DNA of 64,000 nucleotides from an uncultured Verrucomicrobiota bacterium (GCA_964653485.1 CAZZFF010000001.1:65646-129645), one strand, 5' to 3'. Positions 17,574-26,430 are shown, numbered from the stretch's first letter. Made by a program: numbers and translations. The notes: generated from the letters alone by a model not told the origin.

Positions 17574-18206
17574 TCAGGAGTTCATGCGCCGAACCCAAGG
17601 TGGTCGCCAATCCCACGAATCTGGCGCGTGATGCCAAGCCTCTTCAGGACTAAGTTCTCCAGAAATGACCTTCAGTGTCAGCCCCAGATCAGCCTCGTCG
17701 ATTCGGTCAACTGGGGTATCCCGGTGTCCCCGGTCTCCCAAATGGCCGTCAGCATGAGGATGCCCTTCTGTCATAAAGAAACTGAACCCCCAGTCGATGA
17801 TCGTGACGCTTCCAGTCGTGTTGTCGAAGAACACGTTCCAGGGCCGAAGATCGGCGTGGACCAGCCTTTCCTGTCGCAAGGAGGTCACAAACTCTTCGAG
17901 CCGTGGCCGCAGCAAATCCGCTGGCGGACGCAAATCCATCTCCCAAAGGAGAGTGCCCGTAGCGGCTATGCTGATAATTGCACGACCTACGATTTCGGTG
18001 ATCCGTGCGGCGTGATGCAGCCGGTCCTGGATGATGCGGATGCGCTCGTAGTGCTCTAATCGGCCTTCGTCCACAACTGTCACCACTCCCCGGCTTCCGC
18101 CGCGCTCAACCGTAATAACTGGGCCAAGCCCTCTGTGGCCTCGGAACGGAGGCCGCAACTCAACATGGCACTGGTAGCCCTTCTGGGCCAGAACGCATCG
18201 TTGCAC
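17574..18206 (-). CDS. protein-kinase-like fold protein (C-lobe motifs only)
   Basis: LVHADLRPWNVFF ... VTIIDWGFS matches the HxDLxxxN catalytic loop and the DFG-equivalent IDW of PKL/aminoglycoside/LPS kinases. No obvious Gly-loop. Confidence 0.55.
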   Translation of the reverse strand: MQRCVLAQKGYQCHVELRPPFRGHRGLGPVITVERGGSRGVVTVVDEGRLEHYERIRIIQDRLHHAARITEIVGRAIISIAATGTLLWEMDLRPPADLLRPRLEEFVTSLRQERLVHADLRPWNVFFDNTTGSVTIIDWGFSFFMTEGHPHADGHLGDRGHRDTPVDRIDEADLGLTLKVISGELSPEEAWHHAPDSWDWRPPWVRRMNS

Positions 18207-19315
18207 GGCGTGAGGATAGAACTCGTCAACGGGATGTCAATTGACCTGAACGTCGCCGACCGCACGATGCGGGCGGCGATGCCTTCCTCGGCCCGCTTGA
18301 GGCTGGGCAGGAAGATCAACTCCTGGTCGCCGACTCTCTCCTGGACCAGGTCGCCGCCCGCCAGGGTCTTCTCCAGCGCGGCGTTGACGATTTCCTCTTT
18401 GACCAGCAGCAGTTTGCCCGCCTCGTCCTTGAGCATCTCGACCGGCAGGGCGCAGTGCCCCTGGCCGGTCGCCTCCAGCAGGACATGGCTCAGGCCAGCG
18501 CAGGCGCGGATGACCGAGTCGTGCGGAATGCCGATCTTCTGGGCGATCTGGTCGGCGGTCTTGAACCCGATGCCGTGGATGTCCTTGGCCAGGACGTAAG
18601 GGTCGGCCTGGACCTTCTCGATCGCGCCCTCGCCATAGGTCTTGTAGATGCGCACGGCGCGGCTGGTGCTGACGCCGTTTGAGTGGAGGAACACCATGAT
18701 GGACCGGATGACCTTCTGCTCGGCCCACGCGTCCTTGATGCGCTGGCGGCGCTTCGGGCCGACGCCGTCCACTTCCTCCAGGCGGGCGGACTCCTGCTCG
18801 ATGATGTCGACAATCTGCTCGCCGAACTTCTCCACCAACTTCTTGGCGTAAACGTGGCCGATGCCCTTGACCATGCCGCTGCCCAGGTATTTCTCGATGC
18901 CTTCCCTGGTGGTGGGCGCGGTGCTGTTGAGCATCTCGGCGCGGAACTGGAGGCCAAACTCCCGGTCCTGGACCCACCGCCCTTCGGCGGTCACCCACTC
19001 CCCGGCGCTGACGGAGGCCAGGGAGCCGACCACGGTGACCAGGTCGCGGTGCCCTTTGGTTTTCACCTGCAACACGGCGAACCCGTTCTCGTCGTTGTGG
19101 AAGGTGACGCGCTCGATCAGCCCGGAAAGGCTTTCGGCTGGTCGGGATGGTGGTTCTGTGCGCAACGGCGGGGATTGTGGTTCCACCGTCTCAGTCTGGC
19201 AAGGTGCGCTTGCCCTGGCATGGCAGTTCCGCGAGAATCGGGATCGTGCCGCAGCACCCGCCAGCACTGCTTGACAAGCTCTTGGCCCTCGCCCAGGGCT
19301 ACGCCGAGTATGCAA
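18080..19315 (-). pseudogene. RecD2-type SF1 helicase, N-terminal ~300 aa only (no ATPase core)
   Basis: LIERVTFHNDENGFAVLQVKTKGHRDLVTVVG...EKYLGSGMVKGIGHVYAKKLVEKFGE (OB/SH3 plus HhH modules). Similarity ends near AEEGIAARIV (about 18263), before any GxGKT motif. Confidence 0.7.
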
Positions 19316-19593
19316 TGCGCAACATTGGCCATGTCCCGCCCGCGCTTCTGGTCGACTCGCCCAGCAGCTTCATCCAGTTTGTCCCCGCCAGCCTCAAGGA
19401 CGTGAGGGCCAAGGACAATTTTGCCAACACTGCCCGGCTGATTTGCATCGGCTACGAGGTCACCGCTGCGGTCCTCGTGCTCGAAGCCTGGATGAAGATG
19501 GCCAGTCCGGGGGAAACGGTGGACATGAGCGAGCCGCCATCTCAACTCAACCTCCAATCGACTTCATTAACAGCCCGAGTGCCATCAAAATGA
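19246..19593 (+). CDS. hypothetical protein, probably 3'-truncated
   Basis: LDKLLALAQGYAEYAMRNIGHVPPALLVDSPSSFIQFVPASL...ARLICIGYEVTAAVLVLEAWM is protein-like. The tail runs into the AT-richer convergent gene. Confidence 0.35.
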   Translation: MPQHPPALLDKLLALAQGYAEYAMRNIGHVPPALLVDSPSSFIQFVPASLKDVRAKDNFANTARLICIGYEVTAAVLVLEAWMKMASPGETVDMSEPPSQLNLQSTSLTARVPSK

Positions 19594-20227
19594 GAATCAC
19601 TATGATTGTCCATACAATTTGCTTGCCCGCCAGCCTCCTGTTTTCTGGTTTACTCAGAACTGCCCCGATGCTAGAAACAAGTCCTGTCACCCCGCCGATA
19701 ATCGCCCCGGTCAAGAGGTTTGATGATGACCATTCAGGCGATGGGACAGTGCCATTCGCGAAGCCCCAGTAAACCCAGCGAACGACGCTTGCAACAATCG
19801 TTCCCGCAACCACCGCCCCGAAGGTCCCGCCAATTACGCTACCAAGGCCAACGCGACCCGGTGTATTTATCTGGCCCCTTGAACAAGTCTCTGCCGGGTC
19901 GCGCTCACCGCAGGGTGGACAAGAGGCCACGTCATGAGTGACTTCGTGGTCGCGATCATCCTCATCGTCGGCCTCCTCCTCCTCCTCATCGTTGGCATCA
20001 TCATCCTTATCGTTGGCATCAACATCATCATCGTCGGCGTCAATGTAGCCAGTGCCGTGGCATTTAGAACACCGAACCGTCCTGCGACCGCCACACCTTC
20101 GGCAAGTCTTTCCGTCCTCATACCTGCCTCGCCCGCCGCAAGCCTCGCACTCAACCTGTCCATACGGCTGAAGCCAATTACCACCCCAACTCGGGCCACA
20201 TGCGTCACATAGCTTTTGCTTAGCCAT
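19547..20227 (-). CDS. DnaJ-type CxxCxGxG zinc-finger protein with poly-acidic linker and C-terminal glycine-zipper membrane domain
   Basis: MAKQKLCDACG...CEACGGRGRYEDGKTCRRCGGRRTVRCSKCHGTG, then a D/E run (about 35 aa), then GLGSVIGGTFGAVVAGTIV / GAIIGGVTGLVSSIG / IVWTIIVILILMALGLL. Confidence 0.65.
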   Translation of the reverse strand: MAKQKLCDACGPSWGGNWLQPYGQVECEACGGRGRYEDGKTCRRCGGRRTVRCSKCHGTGYIDADDDDVDANDKDDDANDEEEEEADDEDDRDHEVTHDVASCPPCGERDPAETCSRGQINTPGRVGLGSVIGGTFGAVVAGTIVASVVRWVYWGFANGTVPSPEWSSSNLLTGAIIGGVTGLVSSIGAVLSKPENRRLAGKQIVWTIIVILILMALGLLMKSIGG

Positions 20228-20441
20228 AATTTGTCTCCTGTTTCTGCCGTGTTCCCCAACTTGATTAGGCGACCAAAGGCCCGGCCAAAAACCAAGACCA
20301 CTGTTGACCAATGAGAGTGGCCCCAGCTACGAGCACCGCCCTCACGCATCCCACTTGCTGGTTTCGGTCGCCGCTTTGCCTCATACGGCCAACTCGTATT
20401 TCAAGGCGACCCAGATTTAGCCATCGTTTTCGAGCGTCTGA

Positions 20442-20786
20442 CTATTTGCCCAGCGCGTCAATCATGGAGTTGGGGTTGCCGGGACAACGGGTTGCGGTTC
20501 GGCACTGCGACCGGTCGTTTCGTGATTCTCCGATGTGCTTCCAGAACGGCTCCAAATCCGGGTGCTCCTGCACCTTGATGCCGTGGTCCAGGATGAAGCG
20601 CCGCAGGGTCTGCGTGGGGGCTGCTGGCCCGCCGTCACGCGCCAGGTGGAGGGGCTGCCGTCCGCCGTTCGGGATGCCGCGTTCGAGGGCGAGGTCGAGC
20701 GCGGCGCGATCCGCGCCGGACTGTCGCCTCAGCCTTCGGACGATTTCGGCCTCTGATATTATTCTACGGAAGCAGGACGTGGACAT
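20442..20786 (-). CDS. cpYpsA/SLOG-like protein, divergent or degraded
   Basis: RRQSGADRAALDLALERGIPNGG matches the cpYpsA signature, but the GGWCPKGR part is replaced (GGRQPLHLARDGG). The start is uncertain. Confidence 0.4.
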   Translation of the reverse strand: MSTSCFRRIISEAEIVRRLRRQSGADRAALDLALERGIPNGGRQPLHLARDGGPAAPTQTLRRFILDHGIKVQEHPDLEPFWKHIGESRNDRSQCRTATRCPGNPNSMIDALGK

Positions 20787-22482
20787 CGGGATCACCACGT
20801 TCTTCCCGAGTAGAGGAGCGATGTCGAAAATATAGCAACCTGAGTGGTCCGACATTAGAATTTCCTTCGATCGTCAGGAATGACGCATTATACAATGGGG
20901 GCGGAGTGACGCTCGTGAGCAAACCCCAGGTCATCGGTCGGGAATCCCGCGCCACGGGAGGCTCGCCTCTTATTCTTATGCCCAGGAGCGCCTCTCGTGC
21001 GCGGACCAACCGCTGCTCGGTGCTTGCTGAAACAGGCTCCACATTCCCCGCTTGGTCCCGGCGAAGGGGAACCGCCTCGACGCTGCCATCCCGCCGCCAC
21101 TCCCACATCGCGAGAATCCACCGACTCCACGGCCTATACAAAGTTGGCATCGCGGGCCGCTCAGCCGCAACCGACTCCACTTTATTGGGTTCCAGGTTCC
21201 AGTAGCGTTGTGGCCGCCCAATCGCGGGCCGCTCAGCCGCAACCGACTCCACTATGTTGCTCCATTCCCCAGGAGCCGAAGCCTCGATCGTAAGGTTCCT
21301 GTGCTTCCGAAAGAATGCCCGGAGGTCTGCGTCCCACACCGCCGACGCCTCCCAATCCTCCCCTCCCGGAACCGGGAGGGCATCGAGAGGTCGCACTGAG
21401 AGTATCTGTTCGACCTCTTTCTGCGACGCCTCTATGAAATCAAGATGTTGGGTTTGGCCAGAAATCGGATCTTTATAGTCGAATGCGAAGCCTTCGAGGC
21501 CATCCAGATGCCTCGGCGTCGCCGTGGTTCTCGTGGCCGCGATCATTTGGCCCCTGTCCTCGGGCGCTGGGGCGGCAACCTGAAAGCCAACCGCATCAGC
21601 GAGGGGCGCAATAGGGCTGGGAGGGTTGACCCTGGCAGAGGATGCCTTCGGGTTGAAAGAGAGGCAAAAGATCACCGAAAGGATGAAAAGGAGAAAAACG
21701 GCAATCCCAATTGCAATGCGGAGGCGAATGTGACGGCGAGCACGAGCGGACGGGAAGCCACGTAGGGCCGGTGGTGGAGCATTAAGGATTTGGATTTCGA
21801 CCGCAAGGGCACTGCTCGTGATTCCGAGTTTTGCCAAGTGGCGTTGCATCTTGTCAAATGCTCGTCGAAGGCGTTTCCGAATCGCCTCTGCGGAAGCGCC
21901 ATGACGCGCCGCAAGTTCCCTGGGAGTCGTGTATCCTAACCCATAATCCTCGACTAGGTGACGGTCCTGCTCGTTCAGAGTCCCAATCGCGTGCTCCAAA
22001 ATCGAGGGGTCTATTCGGAACGAGGCTGAAGTGCTGATCCCATTGGCAGCGAGGAGTTGGTCGAGGTCTTCCGCGTCCTCTGACGCCCCCGTTGCTTGAT
22101 TTGGCCTGCGACGGACTTGAGAGATGAACATACGTATCGCGGTCGTCCTGAGAGCGCCGCACAGTCTTCCTCCAGAGGCCGATGTCGTGAACGCGTCAGG
22201 CGACCGCCACAACTTTATGAATACGTCCTGGAGCACGACCTCCGGGTCCACGCGACTGCCAAAAGCCGCCCTTACGACGCTGGCCAGAACCTGCTCGGCA
22301 TACCGGTCGAAGAGCACTCGGAAGGCCAATTCGTCACGCGACTTGATAATCTCAAGAAGAAGCGCTTCATCAGGGTGGTTCGCCCATGAGTCCACATTGC
22401 TGTTGTTCACGACAATCGTATGGGGCAGGCTAAGGTTAGTCCACAAAATAAGAGTGGCGGGGGCCTTGGGCAGCCCCGCCAC
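20764..22482 (-). CDS. ECF-type sigma-70 factor fused to a TM segment and large C-terminal (anti-sigma-like) domain
   Basis: Region 2 (LLLEIIKSRDELAFRVLFDRYAEQV...VFIKLWR), region 4 (TPRELAARHGASAEAIRKRLRRAFDKMQRHL), TM (IAIGIAVFLLFILSVIFCL). Contains an in-frame 33-bp duplication. Confidence 0.75.
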   Translation of the reverse strand: MAGLPKAPATLILWTNLSLPHTIVVNNSNVDSWANHPDEALLLEIIKSRDELAFRVLFDRYAEQVLASVVRAAFGSRVDPEVVLQDVFIKLWRSPDAFTTSASGGRLCGALRTTAIRMFISQVRRRPNQATGASEDAEDLDQLLAANGISTSASFRIDPSILEHAIGTLNEQDRHLVEDYGLGYTTPRELAARHGASAEAIRKRLRRAFDKMQRHLAKLGITSSALAVEIQILNAPPPALRGFPSARARRHIRLRIAIGIAVFLLFILSVIFCLSFNPKASSARVNPPSPIAPLADAVGFQVAAPAPEDRGQMIAATRTTATPRHLDGLEGFAFDYKDPISGQTQHLDFIEASQKEVEQILSVRPLDALPVPGGEDWEASAVWDADLRAFFRKHRNLTIEASAPGEWSNIVESVAAERPAIGRPQRYWNLEPNKVESVAAERPAMPTLYRPWSRWILAMWEWRRDGSVEAVPLRRDQAGNVEPVSASTEQRLVRAREALLGIRIRGEPPVARDSRPMTWGLLTSVTPPPLYNASFLTIEGNSNVGPLRLLYFRHRSSTREERGDPDVHVLLP

Positions 22483-22509
22483 TGTGCTAGGTGAGTTACG
22501 CCTCCGACC

Positions 22510-22662
22510 TTACTTGCGCTTGCGGTCCCAGGTCGTGACCTTCTTGACCTCCCGGCTGAAGAAGCCGGGCCGATACGTGACGGCTTTACCACCGCCCTTG
22601 TCGTAGCGAACCGTTTCGCGCTGGAGGCCATTGTTCAATTTGCTCCACGTTTTGGTGCTCAT
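22510..22662 (-). CDS. unlisted 50-aa basic ORF MSTKTWSKLNNGLQRETVRYDKGGGKAVTYRPGFFSREVKKVTTWDRKRK
   Basis: Hand-translated; it falls below the ORF-track length cutoff. An AT-rich upstream region carries an 18-bp inverted repeat. Confidence 0.5.
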   Translation of the reverse strand: MSTKTWSKLNNGLQRETVRYDKGGGKAVTYRPGFFSREVKKVTTWDRKRK

Positions 22663-22697
22663 TTTGTGTTTGCTTTATGTGTTTCTTTTTGGAGTTG

Positions 22698-22715
22698 GTC
22701 ACGCGCCCGCGTGAC
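22698..22715. promoter_or_regulatory. inverted repeat GTCACGCG-CC-CGCGTGAC upstream of the 50-aa ORF
   Basis: 8-bp arms with a 2-bp spacer, read directly. The loop is too short for an RNA hairpin, so a DNA operator is more plausible. Confidence 0.35.
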
Positions 22716-22906
22716 ACTCCATCCTCATAACGCAACCAGGTCACCAGAAGCGGACAAGGTTTTTCACGTATTCAGCGCCGTGAGTTGATTTGTGGATGAG
22801 GATTGAATTTCAAATCGCGTTCCTCGGCTCGTCGAGCGCAAACCCCTTCCCAGGCGGAATGGCGTTTGCAGCCCGTTGGCACCCCTCCCACCCACAATGG
22901 AACCCG

Positions 22907-23107
22907 TTAATCGGTTTGGGTCATGGCGGCGATAGTGGAAATCGCATTTCCTTCGAGCCGGTTGTTAACGAACACGAATGTCCGCCGCTTCGGCCCCGTC
23001 GCCTTCCCCTCATCGATCAGCGCCCGGCCCGCCGCCCGCGCCTGCGGGTTTTCCTCCTTGGTGCTGTCGTATGGCTCAAACGCCTTGACCAGCAACCCCC
23101 GGTTCAT
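22907..23107 (-). pseudogene. DUF72 3'-terminal fragment
   Basis: LLVKAFEPYDSTKEENPQARAAGRALIDEGKATGPKRRTFVFVNNRLEGNAISTIAAMTQTD* continues the KAFEPYDS motif seen at the end of 24853-25659. Confidence 0.7.
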
Positions 23108-23373
23108 CTACCAGAGCACCTGGATGTCGCCGATGGGGTCGAACCGGAAGTTGGCCGGGATGCGCTTTTGACCATCTCGACCAGCGTGGCGGTAGTGGAC
23201 CGCGAGGTGCCGAGGCACCTCGCGGTCGAGGTCCGTCAGACCGCGCTGGGCTAGACTGCTTGCCCATTCTCCTCGACAAAACCCCTGGATGGTGTTACGA
23301 TTCGCTTATGTTGCGCCACTGGGGGGGTTGGGACTGGGCGACTTGCTCTACGAGAACCGCCTGCTCGAAGGCC

Positions 23374-24828
23374 ATGGCCGGGCGGTTGAGAACCGCCTGC
23401 GCCACGAGGCTGCTACCGCTGCTCTTGCTGTTAGGGCTGCCCTGGGTGGTCCAAGCGCAATTCTCTTACACTACCAATAACGGCACGATCACGATCACGG
23501 GATATAGCGGTCCTGGCGGGGCGGTGAACATCCCCAGCACGATCAACGGCTTGCCGGTCACCAGTATCGGATATGCGGCCTTCTCTACCAGCCCCCTGAC
23601 CGGCGTTACGATCCCTGACAGCGTCGCCAACATCGGGGACTATGCGTTCAATTACTGTTTGGGTCTCGTCAACGTGACCCTTGGCCACAGCGTAACCAAC
23701 ATCGGAGGCGAGGCGTTCTATCACTGCACCAGCCTGGCCAACGTCGCGGACCTCGACAACGTCACGGGCATCGGAGACTGGGCGTTCTGGTTCTGTGCTG
23801 CCCTGACGAACCTTACGATAGGCGACAGGCTCACCAGTATCGGGTTTGGAGCCTTCTATGACTGCTTCAGCCTGACCAGCGTTACGATCCCCGACAGCCT
23901 CACCAATACCGGGGATTACGTGTTCTGCGAATGTTTCAGTCTGACGAATGTCACGATAGGGACCAACGTGACCGGCATCGGGAGCCATGCGTTCTTTTCC
24001 TGCACAAGCCTGACCGGCGTGACGATTCCCGACCGCGTCACCAGCATCGGAGACTCTGCGTTTGGAAACTGCACCAGCCTGAAAGCGATAAGGGTCGACG
24101 CACTTAACCCCAGCTATAGCACTTTGGACGGTGTCCTGTTCGACAAGAGCCAGACGACGATCATTCAATATCCAGGGGGCAAAGCCGGACCCTCTTACAC
24201 GACACCGAGTGGCGTCACCAGCGTCGAGGCCAACGCGTTCGCTGGCTGCGGGCTGACCAACGTCACCATAGGCGACAGCGTCACCAGCATCGGAGAGAGC
24301 GCCTTCGGTCAATGCACCAACCTGAGCAGCGTCACCATCGGTAACAGCGTCACCAACATTGGGTCGTTGGCGTTTGCCGGGTGCATCCGCTTGGCGGGAG
24401 CTTATTTCAGGGGTGACGCTCCCATCTTCGATTGGTATCAAGTCAAGATCGGACGTGGGGTGCAGCTTCTTTCTCCGTTCGGGTGTGCCTATAACTGGTC
24501 CGGGTATTACTTGTGTGACTATAACGCGACCGCGTATTACTTATCTGGGACTACCGGCTGGGGTCCCACGTTTGCCGACCTCCCAACCGCGCTGTGGACG
24601 CCCCAGGTGCAAATCAACGATGCCAGCTTTGGGGTGCGCACGAATCAATTCGGCTTCAACATCAACTGGGCCAACGACATGACCGTCGTGGTCGAAGCCA
24701 GCACCAGCCTGGCCAACCCCACATGGTCTCCGCTGGCGACGAACACCCTGACCGGCAGCCCGCTTTATTTCAGCGACCCGCAGTGGACGAACTATCCCAC
24801 CCGCTTCTACCGCCTGCGCTGGCCGTGA
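23374..24828 (+). CDS. BspA-type LRR surface protein with RFYR C-terminal domain
   Basis: Signal peptide MAGRLRTACATRLLPLLLLLGLPWVVQAQ, then FSYTTNNGTITITGYSG, then LRR_5 repeats, ending PQWTNYPTRFYRLRWP*. Confidence 0.85.
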   Translation: MAGRLRTACATRLLPLLLLLGLPWVVQAQFSYTTNNGTITITGYSGPGGAVNIPSTINGLPVTSIGYAAFSTSPLTGVTIPDSVANIGDYAFNYCLGLVNVTLGHSVTNIGGEAFYHCTSLANVADLDNVTGIGDWAFWFCAALTNLTIGDRLTSIGFGAFYDCFSLTSVTIPDSLTNTGDYVFCECFSLTNVTIGTNVTGIGSHAFFSCTSLTGVTIPDRVTSIGDSAFGNCTSLKAIRVDALNPSYSTLDGVLFDKSQTTIIQYPGGKAGPSYTTPSGVTSVEANAFAGCGLTNVTIGDSVTSIGESAFGQCTNLSSVTIGNSVTNIGSLAFAGCIRLAGAYFRGDAPIFDWYQVKIGRGVQLLSPFGCAYNWSGYYLCDYNATAYYLSGTTGWGPTFADLPTALWTPQVQINDASFGVRTNQFGFNINWANDMTVVVEASTSLANPTWSPLATNTLTGSPLYFSDPQWTNYPTRFYRLRWP

Positions 24829-24852
24829 GGCGAGTGCAGGCATCAGCCAGGC

Positions 24853-25659
24853 TCAATCATGGCGGCGATAGTTGATGCTGTCGTATGGCTCAAACGCCTT
24901 CACGGCCTGCTCGTATTTGCGGCCCGGCTTGAGCAGAAACCGGGCGGCGACCAGGTCCGGGTTGGTCCGGGTGCCCGGCAGCGCCATCTGCTCGCCCACC
25001 GAGGGCATCGCCTCCCATGAATTAAAGACGTGCGCAACTTGATGCCGGGCCAGGCACTCGAAGTACTCCGGCTTGAGCCAGTTCCGGTTCCGCATCTCGA
25101 CGCCATACGGCCAGCCCTTCGGAAGTGCGCCCAGGAACTTGTCCAGATCGGCGATAAAGTCGCGGCCATGCTCGTAGTCGGTTGGCCAGAACCGCAAAAA
25201 CTCGAACATGAGCAGTCCGATCGGCGGGCGGATGGCCTCGCACGGCTTGAGGAACGCTTTTGTAAAAAAAGCCGCGTTCAGGAAATTCTCGTTGGGTTGT
25301 CCGGCCTGCTGGCCGAACCGCTCCAGCTTCGGGAATCGCTTGATCGTGATCGCGTCAGTCACCTTCAACCCGAACACGAAATCGTCGGGCGTCTGGCCGA
25401 CCATGCCCTCAAGGTATTGGGCGCTGGGGAAGGTGTAGTAGGCGGCGTCAACGCAGACGGTCTTGAAGACCTCGGCGTATTCCGCCAGGCACTCGCGGTT
25501 GAACCGGGTTTCGGCGAACTTGCCCCGGTGTTCATATCGGCTCCGGTCGTAAATCGTGCCGCACCAGCCGGGATATTTCCAGGAGGACGTGCCGACGTAA
25601 ACGCCCTGCGCCGCCAGGGAGGCAGCCTGCTGGGCCAGTGCTTGCCGGTCGAGAGTCAC
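24853..25659 (-). CDS. DUF72 family protein (C-terminus altered by an internal deletion)
   Basis: GVYVGTSSWKYPGWCGTIY... is typical of DUF72. GTG start overlaps the stop of the upstream thioredoxin-like gene. The end ...KAFEPYDSINYRRHD* lacks about 50 aa that are present in the 22907-23107 fragment. Confidence 0.8.
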   Translation of the reverse strand: MTLDRQALAQQAASLAAQGVYVGTSSWKYPGWCGTIYDRSRYEHRGKFAETRFNRECLAEYAEVFKTVCVDAAYYTFPSAQYLEGMVGQTPDDFVFGLKVTDAITIKRFPKLERFGQQAGQPNENFLNAAFFTKAFLKPCEAIRPPIGLLMFEFLRFWPTDYEHGRDFIADLDKFLGALPKGWPYGVEMRNRNWLKPEYFECLARHQVAHVFNSWEAMPSVGEQMALPGTRTNPDLVAARFLLKPGRKYEQAVKAFEPYDSINYRRHD

Positions 25660-26174
25660 TTTTTGAACTCCCTGAGCGCCGTCTCGATGGCTTTCAGGTC
25701 GGCCTCGGGCCTCCTGGGCGCTGCCTTTTTCATCATCTGAACAAACCAGTCAACCTCCTTCGGCTGGGCCGGATAGCCGATGTTCTGACTATCCATTTTG
25801 GAGTTGATGATGAGCCGCCCCGTTGAATCCAGGAACGCGCAATAGGGCAGTCCGGCAGGACCGCCAAGGTCTTTGAGCAGCGCGTCGGCTCCCGCGTTTT
25901 CCAGGGCTTTGTTCTTTTCGTTTTCCTGGACCACGAGTTTGACCGGGATGAAATATCTCTCAAAGACGGGCTTGATGTCGGGCCGGTCCAGGAAGGCGTC
26001 GAGCCGCTTGCACCAACCGCACCAGGACGCGCCGAAGTGGAGAAAAATGGCCTTGTGCTCGGCAGCCGCCTTAGCCTTGGCCGAGGCCAGCACCTGGTCG
26101 GCGGTGGGTGTTTCGGCATAACCGAGCAAGGCGCTGAGGGAGAACAGCGCGAGTACTGGCAGGAGGGCTTTCAT
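25656..26174 (-). CDS. secreted thioredoxin-like protein (CGWC active site)
   Basis: Signal peptide MKALLPVLALFSLSALLGYA. FLHFGASWCGWCKRLD thioredoxin motif. Confidence 0.8.
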   Translation of the reverse strand: MKALLPVLALFSLSALLGYAETPTADQVLASAKAKAAAEHKAIFLHFGASWCGWCKRLDAFLDRPDIKPVFERYFIPVKLVVQENEKNKALENAGADALLKDLGGPAGLPYCAFLDSTGRLIINSKMDSQNIGYPAQPKEVDWFVQMMKKAAPRRPEADLKAIETALREFKK

Positions 26175-26430
26175 ACCCGCCTTGTAATCCCGGACCGACT
26201 CCTGGTCAAGGGCGCTGTTTACTGGATCAAGGAGTAATGCTGCTGCCGCAGTGCTTGGACTCGACCCAGGCCCTCGGTCAGTATTGGACACAAGAGGCCA
26301 ACCGGGAGGCGGCCAACCGGGAGGGCAGATCAACCGACTACGCCGTCGTCGCGACGGTCCGCGTGCGGTTGTGAACTGGATGAAGAGAACCGGCTTGACC
26401 CCCGCATTGCCCGGACCTATAGGGTGAACA

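Noticed and set aside
19955-20045. Triplet-like CTC/ATC runs
   Set aside because: This is the complement of the Asp/Glu-rich linker codons of the zinc-finger membrane protein. It is in-frame and imperfect, so it is coding low complexity and not a slippage tract.
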